The notes: a model not told the origin generated them from the letters alone. Positions 52,022 through 64,000 are shown, counted from the first letter of the stretch. The stretch is 64,000 nucleotides of DNA from Proteromonas lacertae (GCA_002245135.1 NGBS01000885.1:1-64000); one strand, 5' to 3'. Numbers and translations are program-made.

Positions 52022-53218
52022 ATGAAAAACATGAATGAGACTCAAATAGTGATAATTGTATTTGTGTGTTTTGCAGTTTACATTTATTTGAATATCGAAG
52101 AGCTTCCAGAGTATAGTGATCGTGAAAATTATTACAACAATAATGAAAATGCTCAAAACGGGAATCAAGATCAATACTTTTGCGATTTTAATGCTGATGG
52201 TTGTAAATCTGATAATATAACAGGAGATGTTTCTGTCAAGCTATTGCAGGGAGGTGAAAAAGTCGTAAATGCTCATTATTTCAAATATGAACCAGCTGTA
52301 GGTACTCAGGTTAGTGCTCCATTAATCATTAGTTTAGCCTATGGATATAGATGGGATAAGTTAAGAGTATTTGTTACATCAGCCAGAAAGTCAGGTTATG
52401 ATGGTTCACTCTTCTTATTTGTAGATTTAAACTATACTAGAACAAATCTTACATATTATTTCAATAAGTACAATGTAACTCCGCTATTAGTAGAAGAGAA
52501 TTGGCCATTTTATTCTACTTTGAACACTCAATATCCAATCGACAAAGAAATGTTAAATAAATGTATGAATCCAGATAGGGATTATTCACCATACAAGTGG
52601 GTAGTATACCGTGTATCATTGCTTACCTGTTTTTTAAAGCAATATCGAAAATTATTTTCTCATATTTTATATATGGATTGTCGAGATATATTATTTCAAT
52701 GGAATCCATTCGCTTGGAATATTCAACCGAATTTATATTTAGTGGAAGAAACTGATGCTAATTATTGTATAGGAGTTGATCCTTTTGACAGTCAGTGGGT
52801 AAATCCTTATAAAGATGCTAGTCATGTGTATAATTGTAGAATATTGAATTCTGGTTCAATTTTTGGAAGTAGAAAATATTTTTTTAAATTTATTAAGAGA
52901 TTTAATGCATTTATTAAACATGAATATATTTCTACAGCAGAACAAGGAACTTTAAATTTTGTATTTTATACTCAAAATTGGACTCATATTCCAATATTGA
53001 TGAATAGAAATGGTTATGGTTTTGCCTTGACTTTAGCTGTTGATTTGGTGTACAGACCAGATGATTCATTTTTTCCACATTCTGATATGTATATTTATAA
53101 TAAAGACGGAAGTAAACCTTGTTTTGTACATCAGTATGAAAGAAAAATGGAGAAATACAAAGAGTGGGAGAATTATAGAAGTGATCCTGATGAATATAAG
53201 AATGATAATGGATTTTAA
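52022..53218 (+). CDS. Type II membrane putative glycosyltransferase (GT-A-like, uncharacterised family), 398 aa, intronless
   Basis: N-terminal TM anchor; YMDCRDILFQWNPF (DxRD), ILNSGSIFG, EQGTLN and VHQYER motifs. Confidence 0.7.
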   Translation: MKNMNETQIVIIVFVCFAVYIYLNIEELPEYSDRENYYNNNENAQNGNQDQYFCDFNADGCKSDNITGDVSVKLLQGGEKVVNAHYFKYEPAVGTQVSAPLIISLAYGYRWDKLRVFVTSARKSGYDGSLFLFVDLNYTRTNLTYYFNKYNVTPLLVEENWPFYSTLNTQYPIDKEMLNKCMNPDRDYSPYKWVVYRVSLLTCFLKQYRKLFSHILYMDCRDILFQWNPFAWNIQPNLYLVEETDANYCIGVDPFDSQWVNPYKDASHVYNCRILNSGSIFGSRKYFFKFIKRFNAFIKHEYISTAEQGTLNFVFYTQNWTHIPILMNRNGYGFALTLAVDLVYRPDDSFFPHSDMYIYNKDGSKPCFVHQYERKMEKYKEWENYRSDPDEYKNDNGF

Positions 53219-53364
53219 ATTATTTATAAAATATATACATATTATTATTGTGTATTATGTTATTATAAAAACACAAAAATAATTATTTTTAATATTCTTT
53301 TACAATTATTCTCCATTATATTTTAATGCTTTTTGAATTTAATACATTTATTATTCAAAAATAA

Positions 53365-54319
53365 TTACAATAAAGTACACAAAGTCTCTACAATTCCAAT
53401 AATAAAGATGATGATTGTAAACATATATGCAACAAATACTAAATAGGATACTCTTCCCATATTTAAAGTAATTCCTATACCAAGTCTTTTTGGCACAAAT
53501 ATTCGAGTATCTCTTGGGTTACAATAACACCATAAACAACAATAATCTTCATCTCTCATTATTGTCAGATTAGAATCTATAAATTGATCATCATTCATAC
53601 TATATATTAATAAATAAATAAATAAATATACTATGGCTTAATAAAGAATCTTACAATAGGTATTGACACATAAAAGAACATATATATTACGAATATTATG
53701 AGTATAGTTATAATATCAATTTGATAATCACAATTCTCTTTAGTTGGATTTATATCTGTTGTTGTTGTTTTTATTTCATTATCATCATTTGATATACACT
53801 TGTAATTATAAAGGAATAGTGTATTAAACACATAGATAAGAAATACATCAACTAGTCCAGCTAAAAGAATCATGTAATTAGCTGTGTATGAGACAGTAAA
53901 CTCTTCAAAGGTTGGAGACATCCAGATTTCACGATGAGGAACATTAAACTGACTTTTACATTTTGATAATATATCTATTTATTAGATTATATTAAAAGTT
54001 ATATATACTTGCAATACCTACCAGCATTACTGTTAGGCCACATACTACACCAAGGTATGAAGCAATTAAACCTCCCTATATATATTTGAATAAAATATTT
54101 ATATACTTTACTACAATTTCCATCTGGCTCACCAGTAAATGAAAAGTGACAAGCACAATTATCTGGTAATTTACTGCTAAAAACACTTGCATGAATTATT
54201 GAAAATATAACTAAAAATATGACAAGAATATATGATCTATTATAGATTGTAAAACTATTATCATTATACTGAGAGTATTTACCCCAATAAGAAGAGGAAA
54301 CGAAGTGATTACTTTGCAT
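53365..54319 (-). CDS. Multi-pass membrane protein with DUF1648 and DUF5808 (SdpI-related) motifs; multi-exon
   Basis: SKLPDNCACHFSFTGEPDG (DUF1648-like LPxxxxxHFxxxGxxDG); YCNPRDTRIFVPKRLGIGITLNMG (DUF5808-like); hydrophobic segments; short GT-AG introns between ORFs. Confidence 0.78.
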
Positions 54320-54726
54320 TGTCACAGATTATTGTATATATAGAATCCTAATCCAGTATTTGAGAAATTGTATATCCAGATACCAAGATTTCTGGTAAAA
54401 AAGTGTTCAAGCCTTTTTAATCTTTCAAGCTTTTTCTCTTTTCTGTTTATTCTTTAAATACTTTGTTGAATTGTATTGTCTACAGTTAAAACAATTTTGT
54501 ATATATAATGAATTAATTTTCTGCTGTTAATTATTTTATACTTTTTCAGATCACTTTAATTTATTGTTCATATTTGTCAATAATAATACAAAAGGAAAAA
54601 TCTACATAAAATGATTATTGTTTAAACATTTATCGTTAAAATACACATGTTTGACGATTGGAAGAAGTGAATGGTTTGATTGGCTTGAGCTTAAAAAGAA
54701 TCAGTTAGACATTTTATCTTAATTAC

Positions 54727-55593
54727 ATGCCAGCCACAAAAAGTGATTTTTTATTACCCCAGTTTTTGAAGAAAGTTGTCGCTATTCTACGAAATGAAGA
54801 CCCAAGTATTGTTCATTGGGATGAACCAGGTGAATCAATTATTATTGAGAACATAGACACATTCTCAGATTCTATATTACCAAAATATTATAAGGCAACT
54901 AAATTTAACAGCTTCGTAAGGCAATTAAACTTCTATGGATTTAAGAAGATATCTTCAACTGCTTATCACGGAATTAAATCTTCTGAATTTAGTCATCCAT
55001 ATTTTAAAAGAGATCACGACGAGTTGTTACAGTATATCAAAAAGAAGAAAGTGACTGAAGTGGATGTTACACCATTAAATGAACCTACACATACTATTCA
55101 ACCATTAGCCCCACAGCCACAAATAATGCAACCTCGAACACAGAATCTAGATTATTCTTCTTTAATTAACGTAATTGGGAATTTACAAACTCAAATCAAT
55201 TCTTTACAAAACCAATTAAATGAAGCAAAAGCAGAAAATGAGGATCTAAGAAGCAAGTTAATGTGTTTAGATAAATCGAAATTGAATGGTAGTAATAGCA
55301 GTATTAACAGTTATAGAGCTATGAATGATTTACAAAATACCCAATCTCTCAGTTTAGACTCTCCAACTAGTGATGTTCACTATATGAATAGTATTTACAG
55401 TCCATCAGGTTTACCTTTTACTCCAATGAATAATTGTCAAAATATACCACCGAGTGTAAGATTTGGCGCAGGAACTGTTGATCCTTTGCAATATCCTCGA
55501 TCCTTCACATTTGACTGTGCTCAAGAGTCCTCTGAGTTTACCCCAACTAAACCCTCTCCATTTTATTCATTGGAAAGTGGTGCTTCTTCATAG
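54727..55593 (+). CDS. Heat-shock-factor-type transcription factor (HSF DNA-binding domain plus coiled coil)
   Basis: FLKKV...IVHW...ILPKYYKATKFNSFVRQLNFYGFKK...EFSHPYFKR; heptad LQTQINSLQNQLNE. Confidence 0.93.
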   Translation: MPATKSDFLLPQFLKKVVAILRNEDPSIVHWDEPGESIIIENIDTFSDSILPKYYKATKFNSFVRQLNFYGFKKISSTAYHGIKSSEFSHPYFKRDHDELLQYIKKKKVTEVDVTPLNEPTHTIQPLAPQPQIMQPRTQNLDYSSLINVIGNLQTQINSLQNQLNEAKAENEDLRSKLMCLDKSKLNGSNSSINSYRAMNDLQNTQSLSLDSPTSDVHYMNSIYSPSGLPFTPMNNCQNIPPSVRFGAGTVDPLQYPRSFTFDCAQESSEFTPTKPSPFYSLESGASS

Positions 55594-55740
55594 TTATTTA
55601 TAAATTAAGAAAAATCGTGTTATATATGATTATAAATTATTCTTTTGTATATTTTATTTTTGTTGTGTAATATTAAACAATAATAATCACAATTAATATA
55701 TATAAAAAAAAGACAACATAAGAAGATATATAAACGAAAT

Positions 55741-58700
55741 TTATTCATCACCTGCTGATTCAATTGAGCCACCATCATCATCATTATATTCATCATCATC
55801 AACTTCTACAACACCATAATTCCTCTCTTCTGTACATATATCACAAATTGTGAATTGAGTTGGAATATCAAAGTCCTTGACTGGTTCAATACTTTCAATG
55901 GCAATATTATAGTCTTTTAAATATGATTCAGTGATATCAATCGTATCTTTAATTCGATTGAACATTTCGACATTGTAATTATTAAAATTTTCACAGTGTT
56001 TAGGATATAATTGGAAAATATCCCAATCTCCAAGTTTGGATTTAATCTCATCAACATTTGACAATACTATTAAATATAAATATATATTTATTTATACATT
56101 GTTTTCCTTGACTTTTAAATGCTTTTCCATCATGTAAATAAACATCGGTTCTATCTTTCATTGATTGTATTTGCTGTTGTATCTCAGTATGTTGATTTGT
56201 ACCATTTGTACAATGAACAGTCATTTGGTGTTTTCTTGCTTCAATACACTTCTCTATTAATGCATAATAATTATCTATTTCATTATGAATTTTCTCTACT
56301 TCAGCAATATACTGTAATCTGAAACTTGCTACTTCTTCTTTATTAGCATATGATAATTTCAATCTTAATTGGACTATCTCATTTAATGCTTCTGTTTGAA
56401 GTTTTTCATAGTTTTGTAAATCATCGATTACTTTAGATTCAAATTCAGAATATGATTGTAAAATTGAATCTCTTTCTTTATCTAATAATTCTTGAAATTT
56501 CTCTCTTTTTTCTATAAACTTCTTCAATAAATCTTCAGTTATTTTAATCACTTCAACATCACATTTTTCTATAGCAACTCCAAACTTTTTATGACTTTCT
56601 TCTATCTCTCCTATTTGTTTTTCTATTGTAGAATTAATAGTATTAACCCACAATTCTAAGTCTTTTCTTCCTCTACTGATTCTACTTTCTATCTTCTTAA
56701 TTCCTGTGTAAATTTCATCAGAATAATCTTTTACATCTTTACACACTAATCTTATAAATGAACTAACTTGAGATGATGTTTCATTAAGTATTTGACAGTG
56801 TTTAGCTACAAATTTCACTATATTTTGTTTAATTGCTTTAGATTGTTGTGAATGATAAGTTTGATATTCACTGATTGAATTATTCAAAGTTTTCAATTTA
56901 TCTAAACATTCTTTCACATATTTATCTTTATTTTGAGCATTCTGTTCTTCAACTTGTAAACCATAATCTATCTTAGATCTTAAATCAATTTGATCTTCAA
57001 TTGCCATATACAATGAACATCTTAATCGATCAGCAACTCTTCTAAACTCTCTATCGTTCTCAATATGTACATTTAAATGCATATTAATTCTTTCTAATTC
57101 CACAATCAACCATCTTAATTTTCCTTTACAATTATCTTCTTCCATTCTCTTTTGATCTATACTACTCTTTAAATCTAAAAATGTTTGAGTCTTATTATCT
57201 AAAGCATCTTTGATTTCATTATATTTCGATTGTTCTATTAGAATACCAGTATGATTCATTTGAGATTGAATTAATCTGAATATTTCTTCAATTCTTTTAG
57301 CATAATCTAAGATCATTGCTCTCATTGTGACCTTCTGATCAACAATTGGCTTATTTCTAATTGATTTGGCTCGAAATGCATATTCTAATGTAGAAATAGT
57401 CTCATCCATTGCCATCATAGATGGTGTAACAGTTGCAATTAAACATGTCTTTGCTTTACCACCTAATGATTCTTGTAATAAACGAGTTAACTTACTATCT
57501 CTATAAGGAACGTGAGGTGAACCATCTACTAATGCTGTAATAACCCTACCTAAAGTTAATAATGATTTATTAATATTCTTAGCTTCTCTTGCACGACTTT
57601 CTTTAGCACCTGATTTACCAATACATTCACTACCAGCTAAATCAACTAAATTCAATTTACCTGTTCTTATACATAATTCACCATCAGGGGTTGGCTCTTT
57701 ACTATGTATTGCTAATGTAAATATTGAGTGAGATCTACTAGATTGTGCATTTAAATCAGTAGCAGCAGTTTGACGATGTTTGATTGCTTGTTTATATATT
57801 TTCATTGCTGTTTGTTCATCTTTCACTTCAATATCTGATAAATTCTGACAAACCACTCCTCTCTGTGGATCATCTAATAATTTAATCTCAGTACCAGGAT
57901 TTAATAAGTCAGCTAATACTTCATTATATAACTCCATATATGATAAATGTACACTAAAATCAGCACCTCTATTCTTTAATACAGTAAATATCATATTCAC
58001 TGATCGTGGAATAATACCTTTATTCGTTGCATCATCGACTATACCTTCCATTGTATGAGTTTTACCTGTACCAGTCTGACCATAAGCGAATATTGTGCAA
58101 TTATAACCTGCTAATACATCATCTACTACCTCAAACGCAGAGTTTGAGAATAAATCAGCGTTGGTACTGTATGGGCCGAATACTTTATCGTATTTGTAAG
58201 ATCTAGAGGTTGCTTTGTTTTTGACAGTTACTTCGTTTATCTCTTGATCGCAGAAAACACACATATTTTGACCTGAAGCTTTCTCTTTGGCATTGGGAGG
58301 ACGACATCTTACAATAACTTTGATATTTTGAGAATAATCAATTGCTAAATAATTAATAATATAAATTAATATATACGACCATCTCTTTTAGCTTGTTGTT
58401 GTTGTTGTTGTTGTTGTTGTTCAGATTCACCTTCTTTATTTTCTTCAATTTCTCCTTCCTTTTGTTCTGATACTATTTCACCTCCTTCTGATTGATTTTC
58501 ATTGGCTGATTGTTGATCATATTCTTCTTCTTCATTTGTTGGTGATGGTGTTTTAAGAACTGTTTCTTCATTTTCTGCTTGATCTTCGGGTTGATTTACA
58601 TCTATTAATTCGTCATTTGCTATTGATTTTGCTATCTTTCGACCTGCTGCTGGTGTTGATGTTTTAGATTTTGTTCCAGCACTTTTTGTTATTTTGCTTA

Positions 58701-58986
58701 CAGCAGTTACTTTTTTTACCGCTGATTTTAATGGTTTTGGAGGAACCATCGATACGCTTCTCTTTTTAGGAGGATCTGTTTTGGCGCTAGTTGTGCTTAT
58801 CACTGATTGCTAAAATAAATAACATACCAAATTAATTATACTTTTCTACTATTCATAGCTGCTGTACCTGATGATCTAAAAATATATTGATACTACGTAA
58901 TACATCTTTGGTTTAGTTGCTGACTTCTTCAAATTAACTTTTTTAACATCTGAGGAAGTTACAGATGACCTATGTGAGGTAGACAT
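55741..58986 (-). CDS. Second kinesin-5 (BimC/Eg5-like) with a long N-terminal basic then acidic extension; multi-exon
   Basis: NIKVIVRCRP, YNCTIFAYGQTGTGKTHTMEG, SSRSH, GKLNLVDLAGSE, STLEYAFRAKSIRNKP, long coiled coil; upstream exons to ATG 58986. Confidence 0.88.
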
Positions 58987-59131
58987 CTGGATCTAAAGAA
59001 AATAATCTTTTTCAAATTTTAAATTCTATTTTGATTTAATCAAAGTCAAAATACATTTCATCATCAAACAAATACAATTATCAACAAATAAACATTTAGA
59101 ATGAATTAATTTATACAACATCGATATTATC

Positions 59132-59935
59132 TTAAGATTCAATATCTACTTTTACTTCATTAACTACATTCTCTGTTGTAGCATTTTCAACAATAATAGT
59201 ATCATTTTTAATATCATCTGGTCTTGAAGGTCTTACTGGAATATTTACTTTATTATTATCTTCAACATCAGCAACTGGTGAGACAGGATATGGTCTAGGA
59301 GGTCTAGAAGGAATAGCTGGAGGAGTGCTAGGAGATGCTGATGAAGTTAATGATAATGGCTTTGGAGGTAAAGGAGGTGGAGTAGTTAAAGAAGCAGGTT
59401 TAGGAGGAAGAGGAGGAGGTGGTCCTTTGTTTAATAGATGAGGAGGTTTTGGAGGTAAAGGAGGAGGATTTGTAGATGAATAATTAGATAATAACGGTTG
59501 ATTAATAGTATTTTTAGTAGTTTCTCTTTTCTTGAATATTACTTGACGGAAATAGATTACATCAAATATTATTGATATTAATGCAACTCCTGCTAATGGG
59601 TATATTGTATATAGATTAGGATGAGATGAAAGTGACCTCCACATTGGATAAGCAACAAATATTACTTCTACAACTTGTAATATTACAATTACTGTTAATA
59701 CACTTATACAAGCAATAATTTTAGGTCTTCCTACAATTTTATCTTTAAAATAAACCATTAAACCAATCACAGCAAAAAGTATAATAAAATGAAAACCATA
59801 CATACTTACCAAAAATATAATGAAATACACAAAACATGCTATTAAAATATGTTCAGGTATAAACAATAATAACTTCCACACAGGCATATCTGGAGTTACA
59901 TCTCTTGGAAGTATATAATCAGTGCATTTACCCAT
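59132..59935 (-). CDS. Multi-pass membrane protein with proline-rich cytoplasmic tail
   Basis: About four hydrophobic segments, then three PPLPPKP motifs and PSRPPRP. Confidence 0.8.
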   Translation of the reverse strand: MGKCTDYILPRDVTPDMPVWKLLLFIPEHILIACFVYFIIFLVSMYGFHFIILFAVIGLMVYFKDKIVGRPKIIACISVLTVIVILQVVEVIFVAYPMWRSLSSHPNLYTIYPLAGVALISIIFDVIYFRQVIFKKRETTKNTINQPLLSNYSSTNPPPLPPKPPHLLNKGPPPPLPPKPASLTTPPPLPPKPLSLTSSASPSTPPAIPSRPPRPYPVSPVADVEDNNKVNIPVRPSRPDDIKNDTIIVENATTENVVNEVKVDIES

Positions 59936-60048
59936 ATTTAATATTTAAAATTCCAATTAGCTAATTAGATCTTTTGTATTTTGAAAAATGAATAGAAACA
60001 AAGATTTGATCAAGTCAAATCAAACACAGAATCAAATTTGCTATTATT

Positions 60049-61103
60049 ATGTTTTCTTTATTTAAACCCTTTAAACCATATTTAATTATAAAATGTAGTT
60101 TTAGTTCAAATACTGATATTATTCAAAACTCAAAACACTTACTACTATTGGATGGAACGAATTTAATCAATAAATGTTATTATACTTCCAGAAAAGTGGA
60201 GGTTTGTCCAGGTATTTATGTGTATCTTATATGGTATAGATCCAAAACATGCATTTGATCAAGCTACTGCTACTCTATACTATTTCTTACAAACATTAAT
60301 GTATAGAGTTCTAGAATTTCCAGCAAAATATGTATAAAGCGTTATATATATATATAATATAGATGTGTGTATGTTTTGATGGAATTCATTCTTTTAGAAG
60401 AAATATTTGTGAAGATTATAAAAGCAATAAACATAGTGTTATTTTAGATAGTGTTGTTAGAGATTGTTATAAAGTATATATATATATATATACATAGATA
60501 TACTATTATAGTATTCTGAAATGTTAGGAATTAAAAGTATTCAAATAGATCAATTTGATTCAGGTGATATAATAAACACATTGTCTTTTTCATATTATAA
60601 GGAATATATAATAACAATTCTGTCAAATAGTTATGAGTATTATCAATGTTTATACCCCAATGTAAGATGTAGAGGGTGGAGAGACAGTGATAAAATAATA
60701 CAAAGCGAAGATGTTGATAAATTATTTGGAATTAGTTATGATAAATATGCAGATTATTTATGTTTGAAAGGAGATGATAAAATTGGAATTCCTGGTATTA
60801 AGAAGATAGGGAAAACAAAGGCAAGACAGTTAATTCAGAAATATAATTCTGTTGAGGAGATGATAAAGCAAAATGTATTTAATGATGAAACAGCAGCAAA
60901 AGCGAATGTGATGAAACAAATAACTCAATTTAAAAATGATGTTTTGTATAATTATTTATATATTTGTTAGTAAATCTGATTCAATTGATGAATACAAAAG
61001 AAGAAGTATGAATGATCAAATATATAAAGATTTAAAACAGCTAAGATTCAATCCTTTACTCAAATTTCTACAATTAAATTCAAATCTATTTTCTTTACCA
61101 TAA
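60049..61103 (+). CDS. Stand-alone Pol I-type 5'-3' exonuclease/FEN-like protein with degenerate active site, possibly organelle-targeted; multi-exon
   Basis: LLLDGTNL, CFDG..FRR...DYK, helix-3-turn-helix-like LKGDDKIGIPGIKKIGKTKA; N-terminus MFSLFKPFKPYLIIKCSFSS. Confidence 0.8.
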
Positions 61104-61272
61104 CTGTGTAATTTATGATTCATGTTAAAGTATTTTTGTGTGTTGCACTTATAAATATATCTCAACAGTCTAAAAAAAAGAATAACTGACTGAATTGAAT
61201 GAAAAAAAGATTTTTATTTTCACACCCCTTTTTTATATCTTTTTTAATATCTTTGATTAAACAAGGTTCAAA

Positions 61273-62229
61273 ATGTCTGGAATGTTATCAAAGTATAAAA
61301 AATCCAACATCCCATTTTTTATTTTCTAAAAATCTCTAAATATCATTATTTTTTCGAATGATTCTAATTCTTGTATAGGTTGGGTAAAAAGAAGACAGAA
61401 GTAGAAATGGCCGTTGATAGTGTCATTAATACAGAAAATTGGGGTACTTCAACTGCTGTATTCAATAAAATATGTGATTTAGCTAATGATTAGTATTTAT
61501 GTAATTATAATATATTAGTAACAACTATTCATATGTACTAGACAGATGCATGAATACAATAGGAATGGCTCCAAAGAATTGGAAACTTATATTTAAAGTA
61601 TTGTTTATTGTATTAATATATAAAAATAGGCTGCATCTTTACTTGAATATTTGTTAAAGAATGGTCCAGAAAGAATGATTGATGATATTAAATATCATTC
61701 AGCCAAAATCCAAGGATTAACGGAATTCAGTTTCAAAGAAGGTCAAATAGAAAGAGGAAGTGGTGTTCGTGATAAGAGTAAAATAATATTAGATTTAATA
61801 AATGATAAAAAGAGATGGAAAGAAGAAAGAAAAAAAGCAGCAGATATTCGAAAGAAGATGTCAGGTACAAATTCAATGAGTAGTGCAGATGCTGCAGCAA
61901 AGAAAGCTGACTTTAGTGATTCAGATTCAGATAATGATAAGAAGAAAAAGAATGGTAAGAAAGGTAAAGCAGCAGGTAAAAAGACTAAGAAAGGCAAAGT
62001 GTCAAGTTCAGATGATGATAGTGATTCTGATAGTGATTCTGACGATGATAAACCTAAAAAGAAACCAGCTAAAAAAGTACCAGCAAAGAAAGCACCAGCA
62101 AAGAAGGGAAAAGTGCAAGTATCTGATGATGATTCTGATTCTGAAGATGAAAAACCTAGAAAGAAGCCAGTGAAGAAAGCACCACCTCCAAAGAAAGCTC
62201 CAGCTAAGAAAGGTAAAGTACAAGTATCA

Positions 62230-62263
<34 letters not shown>

Positions 62264-63363
62264 CAGAGGATGAGAAACCAAAGAAGAAACCAGTAAAGAA
62301 ACCACCACCAAAGAAAGGTAAAGTGCAAGTATCAGATGATGATGATGATTCTGATTCTGAAGATGAAAAGCCTAGAAAGAAGCCAGTGAAGAAAGCACCA
62401 CCTCCAAAGAAAGCTCCAGCTAAGAAAGGTAAAGTACAAGTATCTGATGATGATGATGATGATGAAGATTCAGATGAAGATGAAAAGCCTAAAAAGAAAG
62501 GAGGTAAGAAAGCAGCACCACCTCCAAAGAAAGTAAAGAAACCAGTTGTATCAGATGATGAGGAAGAAGAAGAAGAGGAGGAGGAAGAGGAAGAAGAAGT
62601 AAAACCAAAGAAGAAAGGAGGAAAGAAAGCACCACCAGCACCAGCAGCAGATGATGATTTTGGATCTTCTGATTTTGGTGATTCAGATTTCAGTGCTTCA
62701 CCAACACATGAAGCTTTAGAATCAAATCAATCATTTGGTTTTGATTCTCCTGCAGCAGCAGCACCAGCAGCTCCAGCTCAAGATATGTTTGGTGGAGGTG
62801 GTGATATGATGATGGGTGGAAATGATATGATGTTGGGTGGAGGAGGTGATATGTTTGGAGGAGGAGGTGGTATGCAATCAGCTCCAGCTGCTCCTAGTGT
62901 TGATGATATGTTCGGATCTGCTCCATCTGCACCAACTGGTGGTATGGGCGGAGGTATGGATGATATGTTTGGTGGAGGTGGTAGTAGTAGTAAGCCAGCT
63001 AAATCAATGGACTTTGATATGGGAGGTTTAGTAGATTTAGGATCATTAAGTTTGAATTCTGATGAACCACCACCAAAACCAAAACAACAACAACAACAAC
63101 AACAGCAACAACAACAACAACAGATGATGCCAGGTATGATGGGTGGAATGCAAGGAATGAACCCAATGATGGGTGGTGGTATGATGGGAGGAGGCATGCC
63201 AGGTATGAATCCAATGATGGGAGGTGGTATGCCTGGAATGAATCCTATGATGGGACAAATGGGAGGTATGGGAAGAGGAATGCCAGGAATGAACCCGATG
63301 ATGGGACAGATGGGTGGAATGCCACAACAACAACAACAAATGGGTGGTGCTGGCTTTTTCTAA
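61273..63363 (+). CDS. ENTH-domain epsin-related protein (epsinR/CLINT1-like) with Lys/Asp repeats and Met/Gly-rich tail; 3 introns
   Basis: Spliced ENTH: ENWGTS...KNWKLIFK|AASLLEYLLKNGPER...GSGVRDKS...WKEERKKA; DFG..DF adaptor-ear-type motifs; LVDL clathrin-box-like motif; Met-rich C-terminus. Confidence 0.88.
62070..62560 (+). repeat. Coding minisatellite in epsinR: about 4 units of KKGKVQVSDDDD..EDEKP(R/K)KKPVKK
   Basis: Near-identical DNA units, e.g. GATTCTGATTCTGAAGATGAAAA(A/G)CCTAGAAAGAAGCCAGTGAAGAAAGCACCACCTCCAAAG occurs twice. Confidence 0.85.
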
Positions 63364-63514
63364 ATTGTAGAAATATGTAATTACGATTTAATACTCCATA
63401 AAATTTATTGTGTAATATTATACAGCTTATATATATTTAAGTTTTATTATTTGTTTGTTGGAATGATTTAAACACTTTTTAATAATAATTAAGAATTAAA
63501 TTAAATATTTTTAC

Positions 63515-64000
63515 CTACTTGAATTGTCCTGTTTATTTGACAAAGTAAATGTTTATTAGTCTGTATCATCATTTGAATTTTTGCATTTAACTGTTCAGCT
63601 TGATGAAAACAAGCTGATGATTCTTTTTTAAAATGTTCTTTTTCTTTCTATATAATATATTATATTTATATATTATACTGTTAATGCTTGATAATCTAAT
63701 CGAAGATGTTGCAGTTTTATTCTATTGTCATGTAAAAGAGATTTTTCTTTAGATAATTGGTTGTGAATGTTGTTTATATTTTTTTGTAAGAATAATACTC
63801 TTTTTGATTCCTATGACAACTTAATAGATGACTGAAATAAATACATCGGCTAAATCAGTTTTTACTTTTTCTTTCTCTTTTTCTATTGAATTTAGTTGTT
63901 CTTTCATTTCATCATATATTGATAAAATCGATAAATTATCTTTATGCCTAATATAATTTATTATTGAAGTGTATTATACAACACTTCTAATTTTGACCTG
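63515..64000 (-). CDS. 3' end of a hypothetical charged/coiled-coil protein running off the window
   Basis: Minus-strand coding-like stretch with an AT-rich GT-AG intron (~63649-63678) and TAG at 63515. Confidence 0.4.

Noticed and set aside
54727..55593. Skn7/Prr1-type response regulator partnering the histidine kinase
   Set aside because: HSF domain and coiled coil are present, but no receiver domain follows.
1..64000. CRISPR arrays, tRNA/rRNA genes, or bacterial origin of the contig
   Set aside because: No repeat-spacer array or RNA gene recognised; bacterial-like genes are interleaved with intron-containing eukaryotic genes of the same base composition.

Overview
Gene-dense, very AT-rich eukaryotic genomic DNA in the standard genetic code, with many tiny GT-AG introns (mostly about 24-37 nt). 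Intron size, gene content and GT-rich 3' elements suggest a gut protist of the Blastocystis/Proteromonas (Opalinata, stramenopile) type; this is inference only. (1) Bases 1-8030 are a 1504-bp tandem array of an intronless, E. coli YqhD-like NADPH aldehyde reductase, with a further inverted copy at 11973-13148 encoding the identical protein. (2) Core eukaryotic genes: PX-BAR sorting nexin, SMU1, two kinesin-5 genes, a mitoferrin-like carrier, Vps15, DNAAF5/HEATR2, HSF and epsinR. (3) A membrane hybrid histidine kinase with an extracellular ABC-type sugar-binding-protein-like domain and a receiver whose phospho-Asp is Glu. (4) A pseudokinase fused to Tudor/Agenet-like repeats, and two lid-less Hsp70s flanking a fructosamine kinase. 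(5) A rearranged ~7-kb block (44967-52065) bounded by 75-bp direct repeats. It holds a 1236-bp near-perfect inverted repeat, a 617-bp inverted repeat and a TPR gene family in which each repeat unit is its own phase-0 exon of 114-129 nt. (6) Other bacterial-type genes (DUF1648/DUF5808 membrane protein, degenerate Pol I-type 5'-3' exonuclease) and a GT-A-like glycosyltransferase. Several single-base frameshifts in homopolymers look like long-read errors. Exon boundaries were worked out by eye and family calls rest on motif recognition, not database searches.
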